From: Polyangiales bacterium
GTDB taxonomy: Bacteria > Myxococcota_A > Polyangia > Polyangiales > Ga0077539
Assembly: GCA_044229975.1 (NCBI GenBank)
Contig: JBGARZ010000002.1
Coordinates: forward strand, 608,001 to 672,000
Direction: 5' to 3'
Length of the DNA: 64,000 nt
This document shows positions 1-11,347 of this stretch, piece after piece; positions within the stretch are counted from its first letter, which is position 1; every line of letters starts with the position of its first letter. Under the pieces are notes generated by a model. It made no database searches. It saw only the letters and a list, made by a program, of their open reading frames with translations, and had not been told where the DNA came from. Both the position numbers and the translations under genes were made by a program.

Positions 1-266
1 CGATTGTCCGCAGCGGCGCTGCCCTCAGTCTCCACGTCGACGGCGTGAGTGCCCTGACGGGACCGCTCCCCGGGTTGATGCGCGACCCCACCAACACGCC
101 GGTGTACCTGGGCGTCGGTCGATGCGTCGCGGGAGCGCCGGGCGCGAACATCAACTCCGACGGCACGACCTGGCTCGACGGGAGCATCGACGAGGTCGCC
201 GTTCTGCATCGGGCGATGTCGTCGGCCGAGCTGCTCGACGTCGCGCAGGGCCGCTGCTCGCCCTAA
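1..266 (+). CDS. C-terminal fragment of LamG-like (concanavalin A-like jellyroll) domain protein, 5' truncated
   Basis: Frame is open from nt 3 (IVRSGAALSLHVDGV...). Ends with a typical LamG motif, LGVG...WLDGSIDEVAVLHRAMSSAEL; stop TAA at 264-266. Confidence 0.7.
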   Translation, partial: IVRSGAALSLHVDGVSALTGPLPGLMRDPTNTPVYLGVGRCVAGAPGANINSDGTTWLDGSIDEVAVLHRAMSSAELLDVAQGRCSP

Positions 267-1279
267 CCGAAGGAGGCCACCACGGCCGCGTGATCGGACT
301 CGACGTCCTCGCGCCCCTCGGCTCCGCCGTCCTTCAGCGTCTCGTTGAGCACCCGCGCCGAGCGAAACCTCCGCCACAGCGCGCGGCTCACCAGTATGTG
401 ATCGAACTGCTGCCCTGCCCCGCGATGGACGATGGTGTACCGCTGCTCGGGCGGGACGCTCTTGGCGCAGTGCTGGAGAATCCCGCGCTCCAGCGAGGCG
501 ATCTGTTCGAGGTCGGCGTGCCGACCGCGGGGCATCTCCGCGAGCTCACCGGCGACGGCGCGCACCACGGAGGCCTCGGGCGGGTCGTTGAAGTCACCGA
601 GCACCGCGAGCTGCACGTTGGGCTCGCGCATCAATCGAGCGTCGACGCGGGAGCGCAGGTGCAGCGCTTCGGCGAGGCGCATCACCGTGGCGCGCGCAGC
701 GCCTTCGGCCCAGGCGTAGTGACCGGCGTCGCCCGTGGGGTCACCCCCGGCGTCGACCTTCGGCACGGGCCGCGCCGACTTCAGGTGCACCACCATCAGC
801 ACCATCGAGGTGTGGTCGGGCAGCGTGACGGTGACCTCCAGCACGCCGCGCTTGGACTGGATGCGAGACCCGAAGGGCCGCGCGTCGCCCTCCGCGAAGA
901 CCGGGAAGGCGAGCTCGCCCGCGCCGTGGGTCTCCACCGACGTGATGGGGAAGCGCGAGAGCACGCCGCACGCGATGCCGCGGCTGTCGGCGACGCCCGC
1001 GACGGCCGGGAGGTAGCGCTTGTCGCCGAGGTGCGAGCGCAGCGCGTCGAGCACGTGGGCGCCTTCGACCTCCTGGAACGCGATGACGTCGGCGTCGGTG
1101 CGCGAGACCACCGAGGCGATGGCGTCGAGCTTGCGCTGGAAGAGCGTGCGCGCGCGGCGCTGCGCCCAGATGCCGAAGCCCTCGCGGTCGAGCTGACCGA
1201 TGACGTGGGGGACGGCGTCGTCGAAGAAGTCCCGGCAGTTGAACGTCGCGATGCGGAAGTCCACGCGCTCGTCTCCCAC
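263..1279 (-). CDS. Endonuclease/exonuclease/phosphatase (EEP) family protein
   Basis: IATFN, DVIAFQEVE, VVHLKS, LGDFND, FDHILVS and SDH motifs. Confidence 0.9.
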   Translation of the reverse strand: MGDERVDFRIATFNCRDFFDDAVPHVIGQLDREGFGIWAQRRARTLFQRKLDAIASVVSRTDADVIAFQEVEGAHVLDALRSHLGDKRYLPAVAGVADSRGIACGVLSRFPITSVETHGAGELAFPVFAEGDARPFGSRIQSKRGVLEVTVTLPDHTSMVLMVVHLKSARPVPKVDAGGDPTGDAGHYAWAEGAARATVMRLAEALHLRSRVDARLMREPNVQLAVLGDFNDPPEASVVRAVAGELAEMPRGRHADLEQIASLERGILQHCAKSVPPEQRYTIVHRGAGQQFDHILVSRALWRRFRSARVLNETLKDGGAEGREDVESDHAAVVASFG

Positions 1280-1283
1280 GCGC

Positions 1284-2549
1284 TCAGGTCGCCCCGCGGA
1301 CCTGGCCCGCGCCGCGCACCACGAACTTCTCCGCCGTCAGCTCGCGCGCCGACATCGGACCGAAGGCGTGCATGCGGCTGGTCGAGATGCCGATCTCCGC
1401 GCCGAGCCCTAGCTCGCCGCCGTCGTTGAAGCGGGTGGACGCGTTGCGCAGCACGCACGACGCCGTCACCTCGCGCAGGAAGCGCTCGCCCGCCTCGTCG
1501 TCAGCAGTGACAATGGCGGCGCTGTGCTCGGTGCCGTGCACAGCGATGTGGGCGAGTGCCTCGTCGAGCCCGTCGACGCAGCGCACGGCGAGAACGAGGC
1601 CGAGGTACTCGGTGTTCCAGTCGTCGGGGGTCGCGGCGATGGAGGGGACGTCTGCGTGGGTGAGCACGGCGCGCGCGGCCTCGTCGGCGCGAATCTCCAC
1701 GCCCGCTACGCTGAGGCGACGACCGAGGTCGGGGAGGAAGCTCGCCGCGACGGCGCGGTGCACCAGCAGCGTCTCCATCGCGTTGCACACGCCGGGTCGC
1801 TGGACCTTCGCATTGAAGACGATGTCCGAGGCCATGGCGAGGTCGGCCGCGCCATCGACGTAGACGTGGCAGACGCCCGCGCCGTGGCGGATGACGGGCA
1901 CGCGGGCGTGGGCGTCGACGAAGGCCATGAGCGCCGCTCCGCCGCGAGGGATGGCGAGGTCGACGCGCCCGGTGGCCTGGAGGAGCTCGGTGACGAGCGC
2001 GCGGTCGGGGTCGGTGATGAGACAGACGGCGTCGGCGTCGAGGCCCGCGTCGGTGACGCCCGCGCGCACGGCCTCGGCGAGCGCGGTGTTGGAGCGGAGT
2101 GCCTCGCTGCCGCCGCGGAGCACCACGGCGTTGCCCGATCGGAGGGCGATGGCGGCGCTCTCGACGGTGACGTTGGGGCGCGCCTCGTAGATGACGGCGA
2201 CGACACCGAGGGGGATGCGTCGGCGTGAGACGCGCAGGCCGTTGGGGCGAGTGCCGAGCGAGCGCTCCTCGTCGAGGGGGTCGGGCATCGCGGCGATCTC
2301 GCGGACCGACGCGACGACGCCGTCGAGGCGCGAGGGCGTGAGGGCGAGGCGGTCGCGCATGGCGGCCGAGAGGTCGGTGGCGAGGCGGAGGTCTTCGGCG
2401 TTGGCCGCGAGGATGGCCTCACGCCGGGCTGGCGCGGCGAGGGCGCGGGCGATGGACTCCAGCGCGGCGGTGCGACGGTCGGCGGTGGTGCGTGCGAGGG
2501 CCCGTTGGGCGGCGCGCGCGCTGGCGAGGAGCGGATCGAGGGACGCCAT
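1284..2549 (-). CDS. proA: Gamma-glutamyl phosphate reductase (glutamate-5-semialdehyde dehydrogenase)
   Basis: PLGVVAVIYEARPNVT, RPGVCNAMETLLV and NASTRFNDGGELGLGAEIGIST motifs. Start placed at MASLDP (2549). Confidence 0.95.
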   Translation of the reverse strand: MASLDPLLASARAAQRALARTTADRRTAALESIARALAAPARREAILAANAEDLRLATDLSAAMRDRLALTPSRLDGVVASVREIAAMPDPLDEERSLGTRPNGLRVSRRRIPLGVVAVIYEARPNVTVESAAIALRSGNAVVLRGGSEALRSNTALAEAVRAGVTDAGLDADAVCLITDPDRALVTELLQATGRVDLAIPRGGAALMAFVDAHARVPVIRHGAGVCHVYVDGAADLAMASDIVFNAKVQRPGVCNAMETLLVHRAVAASFLPDLGRRLSVAGVEIRADEAARAVLTHADVPSIAATPDDWNTEYLGLVLAVRCVDGLDEALAHIAVHGTEHSAAIVTADDEAGERFLREVTASCVLRNASTRFNDGGELGLGAEIGISTSRMHAFGPMSARELTAEKFVVRGAGQVRGAT

Positions 2550-2604
2550 GGTCAAGGCACCGTACCACCAACGACCGCGGCGGCGTGCGGTACCATCCGC
2601 GGCC

Positions 2605-3321
2605 ATGAGCGACGAGACCGCGGCCACGACGACCCACCCGGACGAACCCTCCATCACCGTTCGGCGCATCCATCGGCGCGACCTCAACAAGTCGTGGGAG
2701 TTCTTGAAGCTGTGCTTCCGCCTCGTGAACCGCGAGACGCTGGAGTACCAGCGGCCCCGCTCGAAGCGACGCTTCCTGGAGGTGTACGAGGAGGAGGGGG
2801 TCGAGCAGCTCCTCTTCGAGGTGGCGGGGGCGGACGGGGCGGAGATCGTCGCGTACGCGGAGTGCGCCTTCGAGATCACCGGCTCGGACAACTGGATGAA
2901 CGAGAGCTTCTTCACGCGGCGCGACATGCGGCCGATGTTCGTCGAGGAGCTCGCCGTGCATCCCGGGTATCAGGGACGCGGCGTGGGCAGCTTCGCGCTC
3001 GAACAGCTCGAACACCTCGCGCGAGTACGGGGCTGCACGCACCTCGTGCTGGAGGTCGCCGAGAACAACAAGAACGCGCTGAAGTTCTATCGGGGCAGGC
3101 ACTTCCAGAAGCTGGACGCGGCGGTGTTCATGGCGAAGCGCGTGAACAGCGACGACGAGTTGCTGCCGCCGCGGCCGCTCAAGCACCGACAGGTGACCGA
3201 GAGCGTCAAGGTCACGAAGCCGACGAAGTCCGCGAAGCCGACGAAGGTGACGCCGAGCGCGAAGAAGCCGGGGCGCGCGACGAAGACGGTCGTCGTCGCC
3301 GTGTCGAAGAAGAAGGGCTGA
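2605..3321 (+). CDS. GNAT family N-acetyltransferase with Lys-rich C-terminal tail
   Basis: VEELAVHPGYQGRGVGS (acetyl-CoA motif A) and LEVAENNKNALKFY. Start MSDETA. Confidence 0.85.
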   Translation: MSDETAATTTHPDEPSITVRRIHRRDLNKSWEFLKLCFRLVNRETLEYQRPRSKRRFLEVYEEEGVEQLLFEVAGADGAEIVAYAECAFEITGSDNWMNESFFTRRDMRPMFVEELAVHPGYQGRGVGSFALEQLEHLARVRGCTHLVLEVAENNKNALKFYRGRHFQKLDAAVFMAKRVNSDDELLPPRPLKHRQVTESVKVTKPTKSAKPTKVTPSAKKPGRATKTVVVAVSKKKG

Positions 3322-3324
3322 GGG

Positions 3325-3573
3325 TCAGAACGGGTCGCGGCGGACGGCCTGAACCACCGTCGGCGTGAACGATCGCCGCGGGTCGGCGGGCACGTACCGC
3401 GGCGCGCTGCGGGTGTGGATCCAGAAGTACGGGTGGGCGATCACGCCGTCGACGGGGATCACGGGCGCGTCGAAGCGGGAGCGTGGACGCGGTGCCGTGG
3501 CAGCGGGCGGGGTCTGCGCGAAGGAGAGGGTTGGGAAGAGGCAGAGGGCGGCGGCCAGTGCGAGGGTCTTCAT
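3325..3573 (-). CDS. 82-aa secreted protein, GltF/CglF-like (not called separately in the ORF track)
   Basis: Signal peptide MKTLALAAALCLFPTLSFA, then VDGVIAHP...R...RRSFTPTVVQAVRRDPF. Resembles small myxobacterial GltF-type proteins (recalled pattern). Confidence 0.6.
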   Translation of the reverse strand: MKTLALAAALCLFPTLSFAQTPPAATAPRPRSRFDAPVIPVDGVIAHPYFWIHTRSAPRYVPADPRRSFTPTVVQAVRRDPF

Positions 3574-3616
3574 GGGGCCATGAAGACGCGCGGCCTCCGT
3601 GGAGGATCTACGCGAT

Positions 3617-5782
3617 CTACAGGGTGTAGTGGACGGAGGTGCCGCGCTCGCCGACGGCCCAGATGTCCGTGGCCGACGAGCCCCAGATGCTGCGCAACGT
3701 CTCGGTGGTGCCCGACGGGACGGACGACCAGCGAGCGCCATCCCAGTGGAGGATGGTGCCGCCCTCGCCCACGGCCCACACGTCGTTGGCGGAGGTTCCC
3801 CACACGCCGTAGAGCGTCGACAGCGAGCCGGTGAGCACGTTCGACCACGCGGAGCCCGTCCAGTGGCGCGCGGCGCTGCGACCGACGAGCCAGATGTCGT
3901 TGGGCCCGGAGCCCCAGATGCCGAAGTAGGACGAGGTCCCGGCCGCGGTGTCGGCTGACCATGTGGTGCCGTTCCAGCGGTAGACGCCGGCGCCCACGGC
4001 GCGCACATCGGTCGGTGAGGCGCCCCACACGGCGTAGAGTTCCTGGTTGGTGGGGATGCCGGTGGAGATGTTGGACCAGCGGGTGCCGTCGAAGCGCGCC
4101 GCGGCGCCGACGCCGACCGCGAAGACGTTGTTGGTCGACTCGGCCCACAGCGCGACGAGCTCCAGCGTCGGCAGCGGCATCGACTGCGTGAACATCCCGG
4201 CGCCCTGGAGGAACACCCCGACGCCGCGCTTGCCCGACCCGTCCGTCGGAATCGTGAGTCCCGAGATGAACACCGTGGTCGCCGACCCGGTGATGCCACG
4301 CAGGATCAGCGGATACGCCGTCCTCGACCACGCCGAGCCGTTCCAGATGGCGAGCGTGCGGGCGGCCACCGCGCCGACGAGGTTGGGCGCCGCGCCCCAG
4401 ATGCCCGTAAAGGTCTCCGTCGATCCCGTCGGAACCGCCGTCCAGTGCCCCGGCACCATCGCGCCCGGCGGAACATCCGTCGGCACTCCGCCGTCCGTCG
4501 TCGTCGGCCCACCGGGGATCGGGTCGAAGCCGCGTACGCGACCCAGCGCCTGCCCCGTCGGCGGATTGCTGATCTCACCGCGCCCGAGCTGACCGTTGGC
4601 GTCGCCGCCCCAGCAGACGACCTCACCCGTTCCGCGCACGGCGCACGCGAAGTCCGCCCCGACGCTCAACTGAAACGCGTTGGCCAGACCCGTCACCGCC
4701 GCGGGCGTCGCGCGATCGCGCGCCATGCCGTCGCCGAGCTGCCCCGCCGTCCCCTGCCCCCAGCACTGCACCGCGCCCGATCGCTGCCGCGCGCAGGTCT
4801 CGCGCCCACCCGCGGCGACCTCCACCACGTTGGCCAGACCCGTCACAGCGACCGGCGCCGCGCGGTCGGCCATCGCGCCGTCGCCGAGCTGACCGAGCGT
4901 CCCGTTGCCCCAGCACGACACCTCGCCCGAGGCGCGCACCGCGCACGAGTGACCGATGCCTGCGCTCACGCCGACCGCGTCGACGAGCCCCGACACCACC
5001 ACCGGCGTCGCGCTGTTGCCCATGGTGCCGTTTCCGAGCTGGCCCTTCTCGTTGTAGCCCCAGCAGAGCACCGCGCCGTTGGCGCGCACCGCGCACGTGT
5101 GCTGCCTGCCCGCCGCGATGCTCGTCACGTCGTCGGCGCCGCTCACCAGGGTCGGGCGCGCGCGGTCGGACATCGTGGAGTCGCCCACCTGACCGACGGT
5201 GTTCTGTCCCCAGCAGGTGACCTGGCCCGAGCGGCGCAGCACGCAGGTGTGCGTCTCGCCGACGGCGACCTGCGTGGCGTCCTCGATCTGCACGACCTCG
5301 ACGGGCGCGAGGCGATCGAGCTGCGTGCCGTCGCCGAGCTGACCGTTGCGGTTGGTGCCCCAGCACATCACGCGACCGGTGGCGCGCACCGCGCACGCGT
5401 GAAAGCTGCTGATGGCGACCTGCACCGCGTCGCTGATGCCCGCCACGTTGACGGCCGCCGCGCGGGTCATGGTGGTGCCGTCGCCGAGCACGCCGCTGCG
5501 GTTGCTGCCCCAGCAGCGGATCGTTCCGTCAGGGCGGCGGGCGCAGGCCGAGGCGTTGCCCGCGGAGACCTGAACGCCACCACCGTCGGTTCGCATCGAG
5601 GTCGGTCCCGCGTCGCCGGGAGGGTTGGTGCTTCCGCGGTCGGTCATGGTCGAGACGCCGCCGTCGGTGCGGGTCACGGTGCCGTCATCGTTGGGCACCG
5701 TCATGAGCACCGGGTCACCCGGCGAACAGCTCATCATCGACAGCAGCGAGGCGCCCATCCAGCGAAGCGTTGAGGTCTTCAT
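3617..5782 (-). CDS. Lipoprotein with RCC1-repeat propeller and a second propeller of 'VWGxSxxDVWAVG' repeats
   Basis: Lipobox-like LLSMMSC. About 7 repeats of H(T/A/S)CA...G.V.CWG.N..GQLGDG, followed by repeats such as [19 protein letters not shown]. Confidence 0.85.
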   Translation of the reverse strand: MKTSTLRWMGASLLSMMSCSPGDPVLMTVPNDDGTVTRTDGGVSTMTDRGSTNPPGDAGPTSMRTDGGGVQVSAGNASACARRPDGTIRCWGSNRSGVLGDGTTMTRAAAVNVAGISDAVQVAISSFHACAVRATGRVMCWGTNRNGQLGDGTQLDRLAPVEVVQIEDATQVAVGETHTCVLRRSGQVTCWGQNTVGQVGDSTMSDRARPTLVSGADDVTSIAAGRQHTCAVRANGAVLCWGYNEKGQLGNGTMGNSATPVVVSGLVDAVGVSAGIGHSCAVRASGEVSCWGNGTLGQLGDGAMADRAAPVAVTGLANVVEVAAGGRETCARQRSGAVQCWGQGTAGQLGDGMARDRATPAAVTGLANAFQLSVGADFACAVRGTGEVVCWGGDANGQLGRGEISNPPTGQALGRVRGFDPIPGGPTTTDGGVPTDVPPGAMVPGHWTAVPTGSTETFTGIWGAAPNLVGAVAARTLAIWNGSAWSRTAYPLILRGITGSATTVFISGLTIPTDGSGKRGVGVFLQGAGMFTQSMPLPTLELVALWAESTNNVFAVGVGAAARFDGTRWSNISTGIPTNQELYAVWGASPTDVRAVGAGVYRWNGTTWSADTAAGTSSYFGIWGSGPNDIWLVGRSAARHWTGSAWSNVLTGSLSTLYGVWGTSANDVWAVGEGGTILHWDGARWSSVPSGTTETLRSIWGSSATDIWAVGERGTSVHYTL

Positions 5783-5882
5783 GATCGGTAGGGGCGCGAC
5801 CTTACCGCGCAGCACCAGCGCCCGGAAACGGTGGCCTGCCAAAAGGTGTCCCCGGAGTGATGCGCCCGCGTACGATGCCGCC

Positions 5883-6428
5883 GTGAGCGAAGACGCAAAG
5901 CAGGCCGCACCGATCCAAGTGACGATCTACACCGATGGTGGCGCGAAGCCGAACCCCGATGGGCCGGGCGGGTGGGGCGCGTTGTTCATCACCGGGACAC
6001 AGCGGCGGGAGATCTCGGGCGGTGAGCCGAGCACGACCAACAACCGCATGGAGCTGATGGCCGCCATCGCGGCGCTGGAGGAGCTGAAGAGGCCCTGCCT
6101 GGTGACGCTCTGGACGGACAGCCAGTACCTCAAGAACGGCATCACCGAGTGGATGCCCAACTGGGTCAAGCGCGGCTGGAAGACGGCCTCGAAGCAGCCC
6201 GTGAAGAACCAGGACCTCTGGCAGCGCCTGCACGCCGCCGCGCAGAAACACCAGATGACCTGGAAGTGGGTCAAGGCCCACAACGGTCATCCCCTCAACG
6301 AGCGGGTCGACCAGCTCGCCACCGAGGCGCGCGAGAAGATCGAGCGCGAGGGCGTGGGGTCCGTGGTGTCAAAGCACCGCGAGGTCGTCCCGATGGACGG
6401 CCTCTTCGCCGTGCGGCGCTCCGAGTAG
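5883..6428 (+). CDS. rnhA: Ribonuclease HI
   Basis: [53 protein letters not shown] start at 5883. Confidence 0.95.
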   Translation: MSEDAKQAAPIQVTIYTDGGAKPNPDGPGGWGALFITGTQRREISGGEPSTTNNRMELMAAIAALEELKRPCLVTLWTDSQYLKNGITEWMPNWVKRGWKTASKQPVKNQDLWQRLHAAAQKHQMTWKWVKAHNGHPLNERVDQLATEAREKIEREGVGSVVSKHREVVPMDGLFAVRRSE

Positions 6429-7493
6429 CTCCGCCGCCTCGCGCGAGTTGCGCCCGCGGATGGCGCTGATCTCCGCGCTGGAGAAGGCGGTCAATCCCCG
6501 CGCGAAGGCCACACCATCGGCGCCCAGGAGGTCGACCGGGTCACCGCGGCGGAAGGTTCCGCGCACCTCGGTGACGCCCGATGGGAGGAGCGAGCGTCCG
6601 CCCTCCAGCACCGCCTTGCGCGCCCCCGCGTCGACGACGAGCGAGCCGCGCGCGCGGAGCGTGTGCGCGATCCAGTGGGAGCGCGCCGAGACCCGCTGCT
6701 CCATCGGGAGGAAGACCGTCCCCACGTCGTCGCCGCGCATCAGCGCCGCGAGCACGCCCGGCTTGCGACCCGGCGCGATGACGGCCGTCGCGCCGGAGCT
6801 CGTCGCCGCCCGCGCGGCCTTGAGCTTGGTCACCATGCCCCCTTTGCCACCGCCTGAAATGTCCTTGCGGACGAAGCGATCGACGCCCCGGTCGCCGCCC
6901 GCGACCACAGGGACGCGACGGTCGCCGTCGAGCAGACCGGGCGCGACGGAGAGCATCACGAGGAGCTCGGCGCCCACGAGGTTGGCCACCTGCGCGGAGA
7001 GCGAGTCGTTGTCGCCGAAGGCGATCTCCTCGACGCTGACGGTGTCGTTCTCGTTGATGACGGGGATGGCGCCGCGCGCGAGGAGGGCTTCGAGGGCGCC
7101 GCGGGCGTTGAGGTAGCGCTTGCGCTCGGCGAAGTCGGAGTGGGTCAGCAGCACCTGGGCCGCGACGCGCTTGCGACGCGCGAAGACCTCCGACCAGAGG
7201 CGGATGAGCAGGCCCTGACCCGCGGCGGCGCAGGCCTGGAGCTGGTCCATGCGACGCGGGCGGACGGAGAAGCCGAGCGCCTCGACGCCGAGCGCGATGG
7301 CGCCCGAGGAGACGAGCACCACGCGACGGCCGGGTGTCTCGGCGAGGTCGACGAGCTCGTTGGCGAGGCCGTCGAGCACGGCGCGGTCGATGGCGCCGCG
7401 CGGGTCGGTGAGCACGCCGGTGCCGATCTTGACGACGATGGTGCGGGCGCGGCGGAGGGGGGAGAGTCGATCGAGGCTGGCGTCGGGGTCCAT
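6369..7493 (-). CDS. proB: Glutamate 5-kinase with PUA domain
   Basis: [31 protein letters not shown] and GGMVTKL motifs. PUA domain ends [10 protein letters not shown]. Confidence 0.95.
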   Translation of the reverse strand: MDPDASLDRLSPLRRARTIVVKIGTGVLTDPRGAIDRAVLDGLANELVDLAETPGRRVVLVSSGAIALGVEALGFSVRPRRMDQLQACAAAGQGLLIRLWSEVFARRKRVAAQVLLTHSDFAERKRYLNARGALEALLARGAIPVINENDTVSVEEIAFGDNDSLSAQVANLVGAELLVMLSVAPGLLDGDRRVPVVAGGDRGVDRFVRKDISGGGKGGMVTKLKAARAATSSGATAVIAPGRKPGVLAALMRGDDVGTVFLPMEQRVSARSHWIAHTLRARGSLVVDAGARKAVLEGGRSLLPSGVTEVRGTFRRGDPVDLLGADGVAFARGLTAFSSAEISAIRGRNSREAAELLGAPHGEEAVHRDDLAVL

Positions 7494-7561
7494 GACAGCG
7501 CCGGACGGAGTACCAGATCGGGCGCCCGGTGGGGCCGCTGGTTTTGCTATACGAGCGGCCG

Positions 7562-10477
7562 ATGCCCGTCCCCCCCGATGCCCTTCAGCGATTGCTCGCC
7601 ACGGTTCGCAAGCGCAGCCCCTCGATGCGTCTCGCGCAGGCGACCGAACTCTCCCAGCCCGGCAACGTGCTGTGCGAGCGCGAGTCCGACGAGGAGGCCG
7701 TGCTGCTGGTGCAGGTCCCCGGCTGGTCGGTGTCTGCGACCGTGGTGCTTTACCCGACCGAGGGCGAGTGGGCGTGCGACTGCGGCGGCGCCGACCCCTG
7801 CGCGCACATCGTCGCGGGGGCCATCGCGCTCGACGCCGCCCGGCGCGCGGGCGTCGAGCTCCCGTCGGCCGCGCGGGTGCAATCGAAGCTGCGCCACGAG
7901 CTCTCGGTGGTCGGGCAGAGCCTCGCGGTCGCACGAACCATCGTCGGCGCCGACGGCGCGGAGACGCCCTGCACGCAGCCGTTGTCGCAGGTGACCACCC
8001 CGCTCGCGACCACCGAGGCCGACGTCGATGTCGACCGGCTCATCGACCCCGACCATGGCGGCACCGTCGCTCCGAAGGACGTCCCGGCGCTGCTCGCGGC
8101 GCTTGCGTTGTGTGAGGACGTTCGCCTCGCCGGGCGCGTGGTGCGGGTGTCTACCGACGCGGTGCTCCCACGAGCGACGCTCGACGACCACCCCAAGGGC
8201 TTCGCACTGCGCATCGAGCGCGACCCGTCGGTGAGCGCCGTGCTCGTCGCGGGCGTCGTGCGCTGTGGTGACACGGTGCGGCCGCTCGGCGCGACGGAGG
8301 TCACCGGACCGCGATTGGAGCGCCTGCCCATCCAGCGGGTGTTTGCCGAGAAGGATGTCGTCGAACTGGTGCTGAGGGCGCTGCCGGAGCTCAACGCGAA
8401 GGTGCCCGTCGCGGTGCGCTCGCGGTCGCTGCCGAGCATCGCGAAGGGCGTCCGCCCGCGCGTCGCCTTCGAGGTGACGATGCTGTCGCACGCGATGTCG
8501 GTGCTGCCGACGGTGGTCTACGGCGACCCGGCCATCGCGAAGGTGGAGGATGGTCGACTGGTGCACCTGAGTGGGGGTGTCCCGGTGCGCGACGAGGCCG
8601 CGGAGGTGCGCGAGGTGCACCGACTGCGCGACGAGCTCGGGTTGATGCCGGGCGTGCGGACGTCCTATCGCGGGAGCGACGCGGCGCGCTTCATCGCGAA
8701 GCTGCGAACGTGGTCGCCGTCGCCGCAGCACACCGCGTCGTCGCTCTTCGGTGATCGGGCCCTCACGCCGAAGCTCACGGTGCGTGATTCGGGCTTCGAT
8801 CTCTCCTTCGACCTTCCGGGCGAAGGCGAAGGCGCGCCCGTGCGGCAGGCCGATGCGGCGACGGTGATGCAGGCGTGGCGTGAGGGGCTGGAGGTCGCTC
8901 CGCTCAGCGACGGGACGTGGGCGCCGCTGCCCGCCGCGTGGCTACGAGAGCACGGTCATCGGGTCGCCGACCTGCTCGCGGCGCGCGATGACGAGGGAGA
9001 GGTTCCGCGAGCGGCGCTGCCTGCGCTGGCGCGGTTGTGTGAAGAGCTGGAGACGCCGGCGCCGCCGAAGCTGGCGGGGCTCAAGGCGCTGGTCGACGGC
9101 TTCGAGGCGATTCCCTCCGTGGCCTTGCCCGACGACCTCACGGCGACGCTGCGCCCCTACCAGCGGCGCGGCGTCGACTGGCTGTGCTTCCTGCGCGACG
9201 CGGGGATGGGCGCGGTGCTCGCCGACGACATGGGCCTCGGCAAGACGCTCCAGACGCTGTGCACCTTCCGCGGGCGGGTGCTCGTGGTGGCGCCGCGCAG
9301 CGTGCTGCACAACTGGAGCGACGAGGTGCGGCGCTTCCGGCCGGGGCTCTCGGTGTCCGTCTACCACGGCGCCGGTCGCTCGCTCGACGCGCGCGCGGAC
9401 GTCACGCTCACCACCTACGCCGTGCTCCGACTCGACGCGGGCGAGCTCACGAAGCAGCGCTGGGACATGGTCGTCCTCGACGAGGCACAGGCCATCAAGA
9501 ACCCCGACAGCCAGGCCGCCCGCGCGGCCTACCAGCTCCGCGCGGAGTCTCGCGTCGCGCTCTCCGGCACGCCCGTGGAGAACCGTCTCGAAGAACTCTG
9601 GAGCCTCGTTCACTTCACCAACCCGGGGCTGCTGGGCGGGCGCTCGGACTTCGACGAGCGCTACACGAAGCCCGCGTCCGACGGCGACGCCGAGGCCATG
9701 CGACGACTGCGCGAGCGGGTGGGGCCGTTCCTGCTGCGTAGGCTGAAGCGCGAGGTGGCGCCCGAGCTGCCGCCGCGCACGGAGGCGGTGCTGAAGTGCG
9801 ACCTCGACGAGCGCGAGCGGGCCGTCTACGACGCGGTGCGGGCGGCGTCGCAGAGCGAGGTGGTCGAGGCGTTGCGCGCGGGCGGCAACACGCTCGCGGC
9901 GCTCGAAGCGCTGCTGCGGTTGCGACAGGCGGCGTGTCACAGCGGGCTCGTCCCGGGGCAGCACGCCGACACCTCGTCGAAGGTGACGTGCCTCGTGGAG
10001 GCGCTGGAGTCCGCGGCGGCCGATGGTCACAAGGCGCTGGTGTTCTCGCAGTGGACGTCGCTGCTCGACCGGGTGGAGCCGCACCTGCGCGAGGCGGGCA
10101 TCGGGTTCAATCGCCTCGACGGGTCGACGCGCGATCGGGCCGAGGTGGTGACGGCGTTTCAGCGCGCGGATGGGCCGCCGGTGATGCTGGTGTCGCTCAA
10201 GGCGGGCGGCACGGGCATCAACCTCACCGCAGCCGACCACGTCTTCCTCCTCGACCCGTGGTGGAACCCCGCCGTCGAAGACCAGGCCGCCGACCGCGCG
10301 CACCGCATCGGTCAGCTACGGCCCGTGACGATCTACCGCATCGTCGCGAGCGAGACCGTCGAGGAGCGCATCGTCGAGCTCCAGGCCCGCAAGCGTGCCC
10401 TCGCCGAAGCGGCACTCTCCGGCGGCGACCCGTCGGCGTCGCTCACCCGCGACGACCTCCTCGCGCTGCTCGCCTAG
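7562..10477 (+). CDS. SWIM zinc-finger / SNF2-family (DEAQ box) helicase
   Basis: CDC...CAH SWIM motif; [42 protein letters not shown]. Confidence 0.92.
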   Translation: MPVPPDALQRLLATVRKRSPSMRLAQATELSQPGNVLCERESDEEAVLLVQVPGWSVSATVVLYPTEGEWACDCGGADPCAHIVAGAIALDAARRAGVELPSAARVQSKLRHELSVVGQSLAVARTIVGADGAETPCTQPLSQVTTPLATTEADVDVDRLIDPDHGGTVAPKDVPALLAALALCEDVRLAGRVVRVSTDAVLPRATLDDHPKGFALRIERDPSVSAVLVAGVVRCGDTVRPLGATEVTGPRLERLPIQRVFAEKDVVELVLRALPELNAKVPVAVRSRSLPSIAKGVRPRVAFEVTMLSHAMSVLPTVVYGDPAIAKVEDGRLVHLSGGVPVRDEAAEVREVHRLRDELGLMPGVRTSYRGSDAARFIAKLRTWSPSPQHTASSLFGDRALTPKLTVRDSGFDLSFDLPGEGEGAPVRQADAATVMQAWREGLEVAPLSDGTWAPLPAAWLREHGHRVADLLAARDDEGEVPRAALPALARLCEELETPAPPKLAGLKALVDGFEAIPSVALPDDLTATLRPYQRRGVDWLCFLRDAGMGAVLADDMGLGKTLQTLCTFRGRVLVVAPRSVLHNWSDEVRRFRPGLSVSVYHGAGRSLDARADVTLTTYAVLRLDAGELTKQRWDMVVLDEAQAIKNPDSQAARAAYQLRAESRVALSGTPVENRLEELWSLVHFTNPGLLGGRSDFDERYTKPASDGDAEAMRRLRERVGPFLLRRLKREVAPELPPRTEAVLKCDLDERERAVYDAVRAASQSEVVEALRAGGNTLAALEALLRLRQAACHSGLVPGQHADTSSKVTCLVEALESAAADGHKALVFSQWTSLLDRVEPHLREAGIGFNRLDGSTRDRAEVVTAFQRADGPPVMLVSLKAGGTGINLTAADHVFLLDPWWNPAVEDQAADRAHRIGQLRPVTIYRIVASETVEERIVELQARKRALAEAALSGGDPSASLTRDDLLALLA

Positions 10478-11313
10478 ACCGCGCGGAGAAACGCCAGCAG
10501 ACGCCGCGCCGTCCCTTCGCAGTCGTCGACCTGCGGGCTGTGGCCGACGCCGGGCACCACCTCGATGCGCGCGTGCTCTGGCAGGTGCTCGCGGAAGAAC
10601 GCCAGCCCCGACGAAGGCAGCACCCGCTCCTCGGCGCCCCACAGCAGGAGCACCGGAGCGGTCACGGCGCGCACCTCTTCGACGGTGAGGTAGTTCTGCG
10701 GCCCAAGGCCGCCGAGGAGCTCGCGCATCGCGGGTCGACTGAAGCCGCGGCGCAGGCTCGCGGCGAAGAGCGGCCGCAGCCGTGTCCGACGCACCAGCAG
10801 CCGGTCGATGAAGGCCTCCGCCTCCGCGTGGCTCTGGAGCGTGAAGGTGCGCCGCAGCGCGAGGAGCTCGTCGTCGGAGAGGGGCGCGCCACCCGGAGCC
10901 ACGAGGGCGAGAGCCCGAACCCTGGCGGGGCGGTCGACCGTGTAGCGGAGCGCGAGGGCCGCGCCCATGGAGTTGCCGATGAGCACGGCGGGTTCGTCGA
11001 GGGCGCGGTCGAGGGCGTCGCGCGTCCCCTCGTAGACCTTGGCGCCGTCGAGCGGCGTGGGCGCCGAGCTGTATCCGTGGCCGGGGAGGTCGGGTGCGAT
11101 GAGCCGCCGCACATGGGGGCGCAGGGCCTGGAGGAGCGGCGCGTTGTACGACGCCGACGAGTTGAACCCGTGAAGGAGAACCGTCGTCGGTAGCGGACCG
11201 TCTCCGAGCGTCTCGACCCAGTGCATCGACCCGGTCGTGGTGGGCGCAGAGCGGCTGCGCCAACCACGGGCGCGGAGCGAGAGGCGGGCGAGGCGTTCGC
11301 TGAGGAGGGTCAT
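10474..11313 (-). CDS. Alpha/beta-fold hydrolase
   Basis: LLHGF, PDLPGHG, GNSMG nucleophile elbow and GVGHSPQ. Confidence 0.85.
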   Translation of the reverse strand: MTLLSERLARLSLRARGWRSRSAPTTTGSMHWVETLGDGPLPTTVLLHGFNSSASYNAPLLQALRPHVRRLIAPDLPGHGYSSAPTPLDGAKVYEGTRDALDRALDEPAVLIGNSMGAALALRYTVDRPARVRALALVAPGGAPLSDDELLALRRTFTLQSHAEAEAFIDRLLVRRTRLRPLFAASLRRGFSRPAMRELLGGLGPQNYLTVEEVRAVTAPVLLLWGAEERVLPSSGLAFFREHLPEHARIEVVPGVGHSPQVDDCEGTARRLLAFLRAV

Positions 11314-11347
11314 CGGCGCGCGCCGACGATAGCAGCAAGCGTCGACG

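Noticed and set aside
7562..10477. SNF2 helicase as part of an anti-phage system
   Set aside because: It is a stand-alone SWIM-SNF2 type with no methylase, nuclease or other defence genes adjacent.
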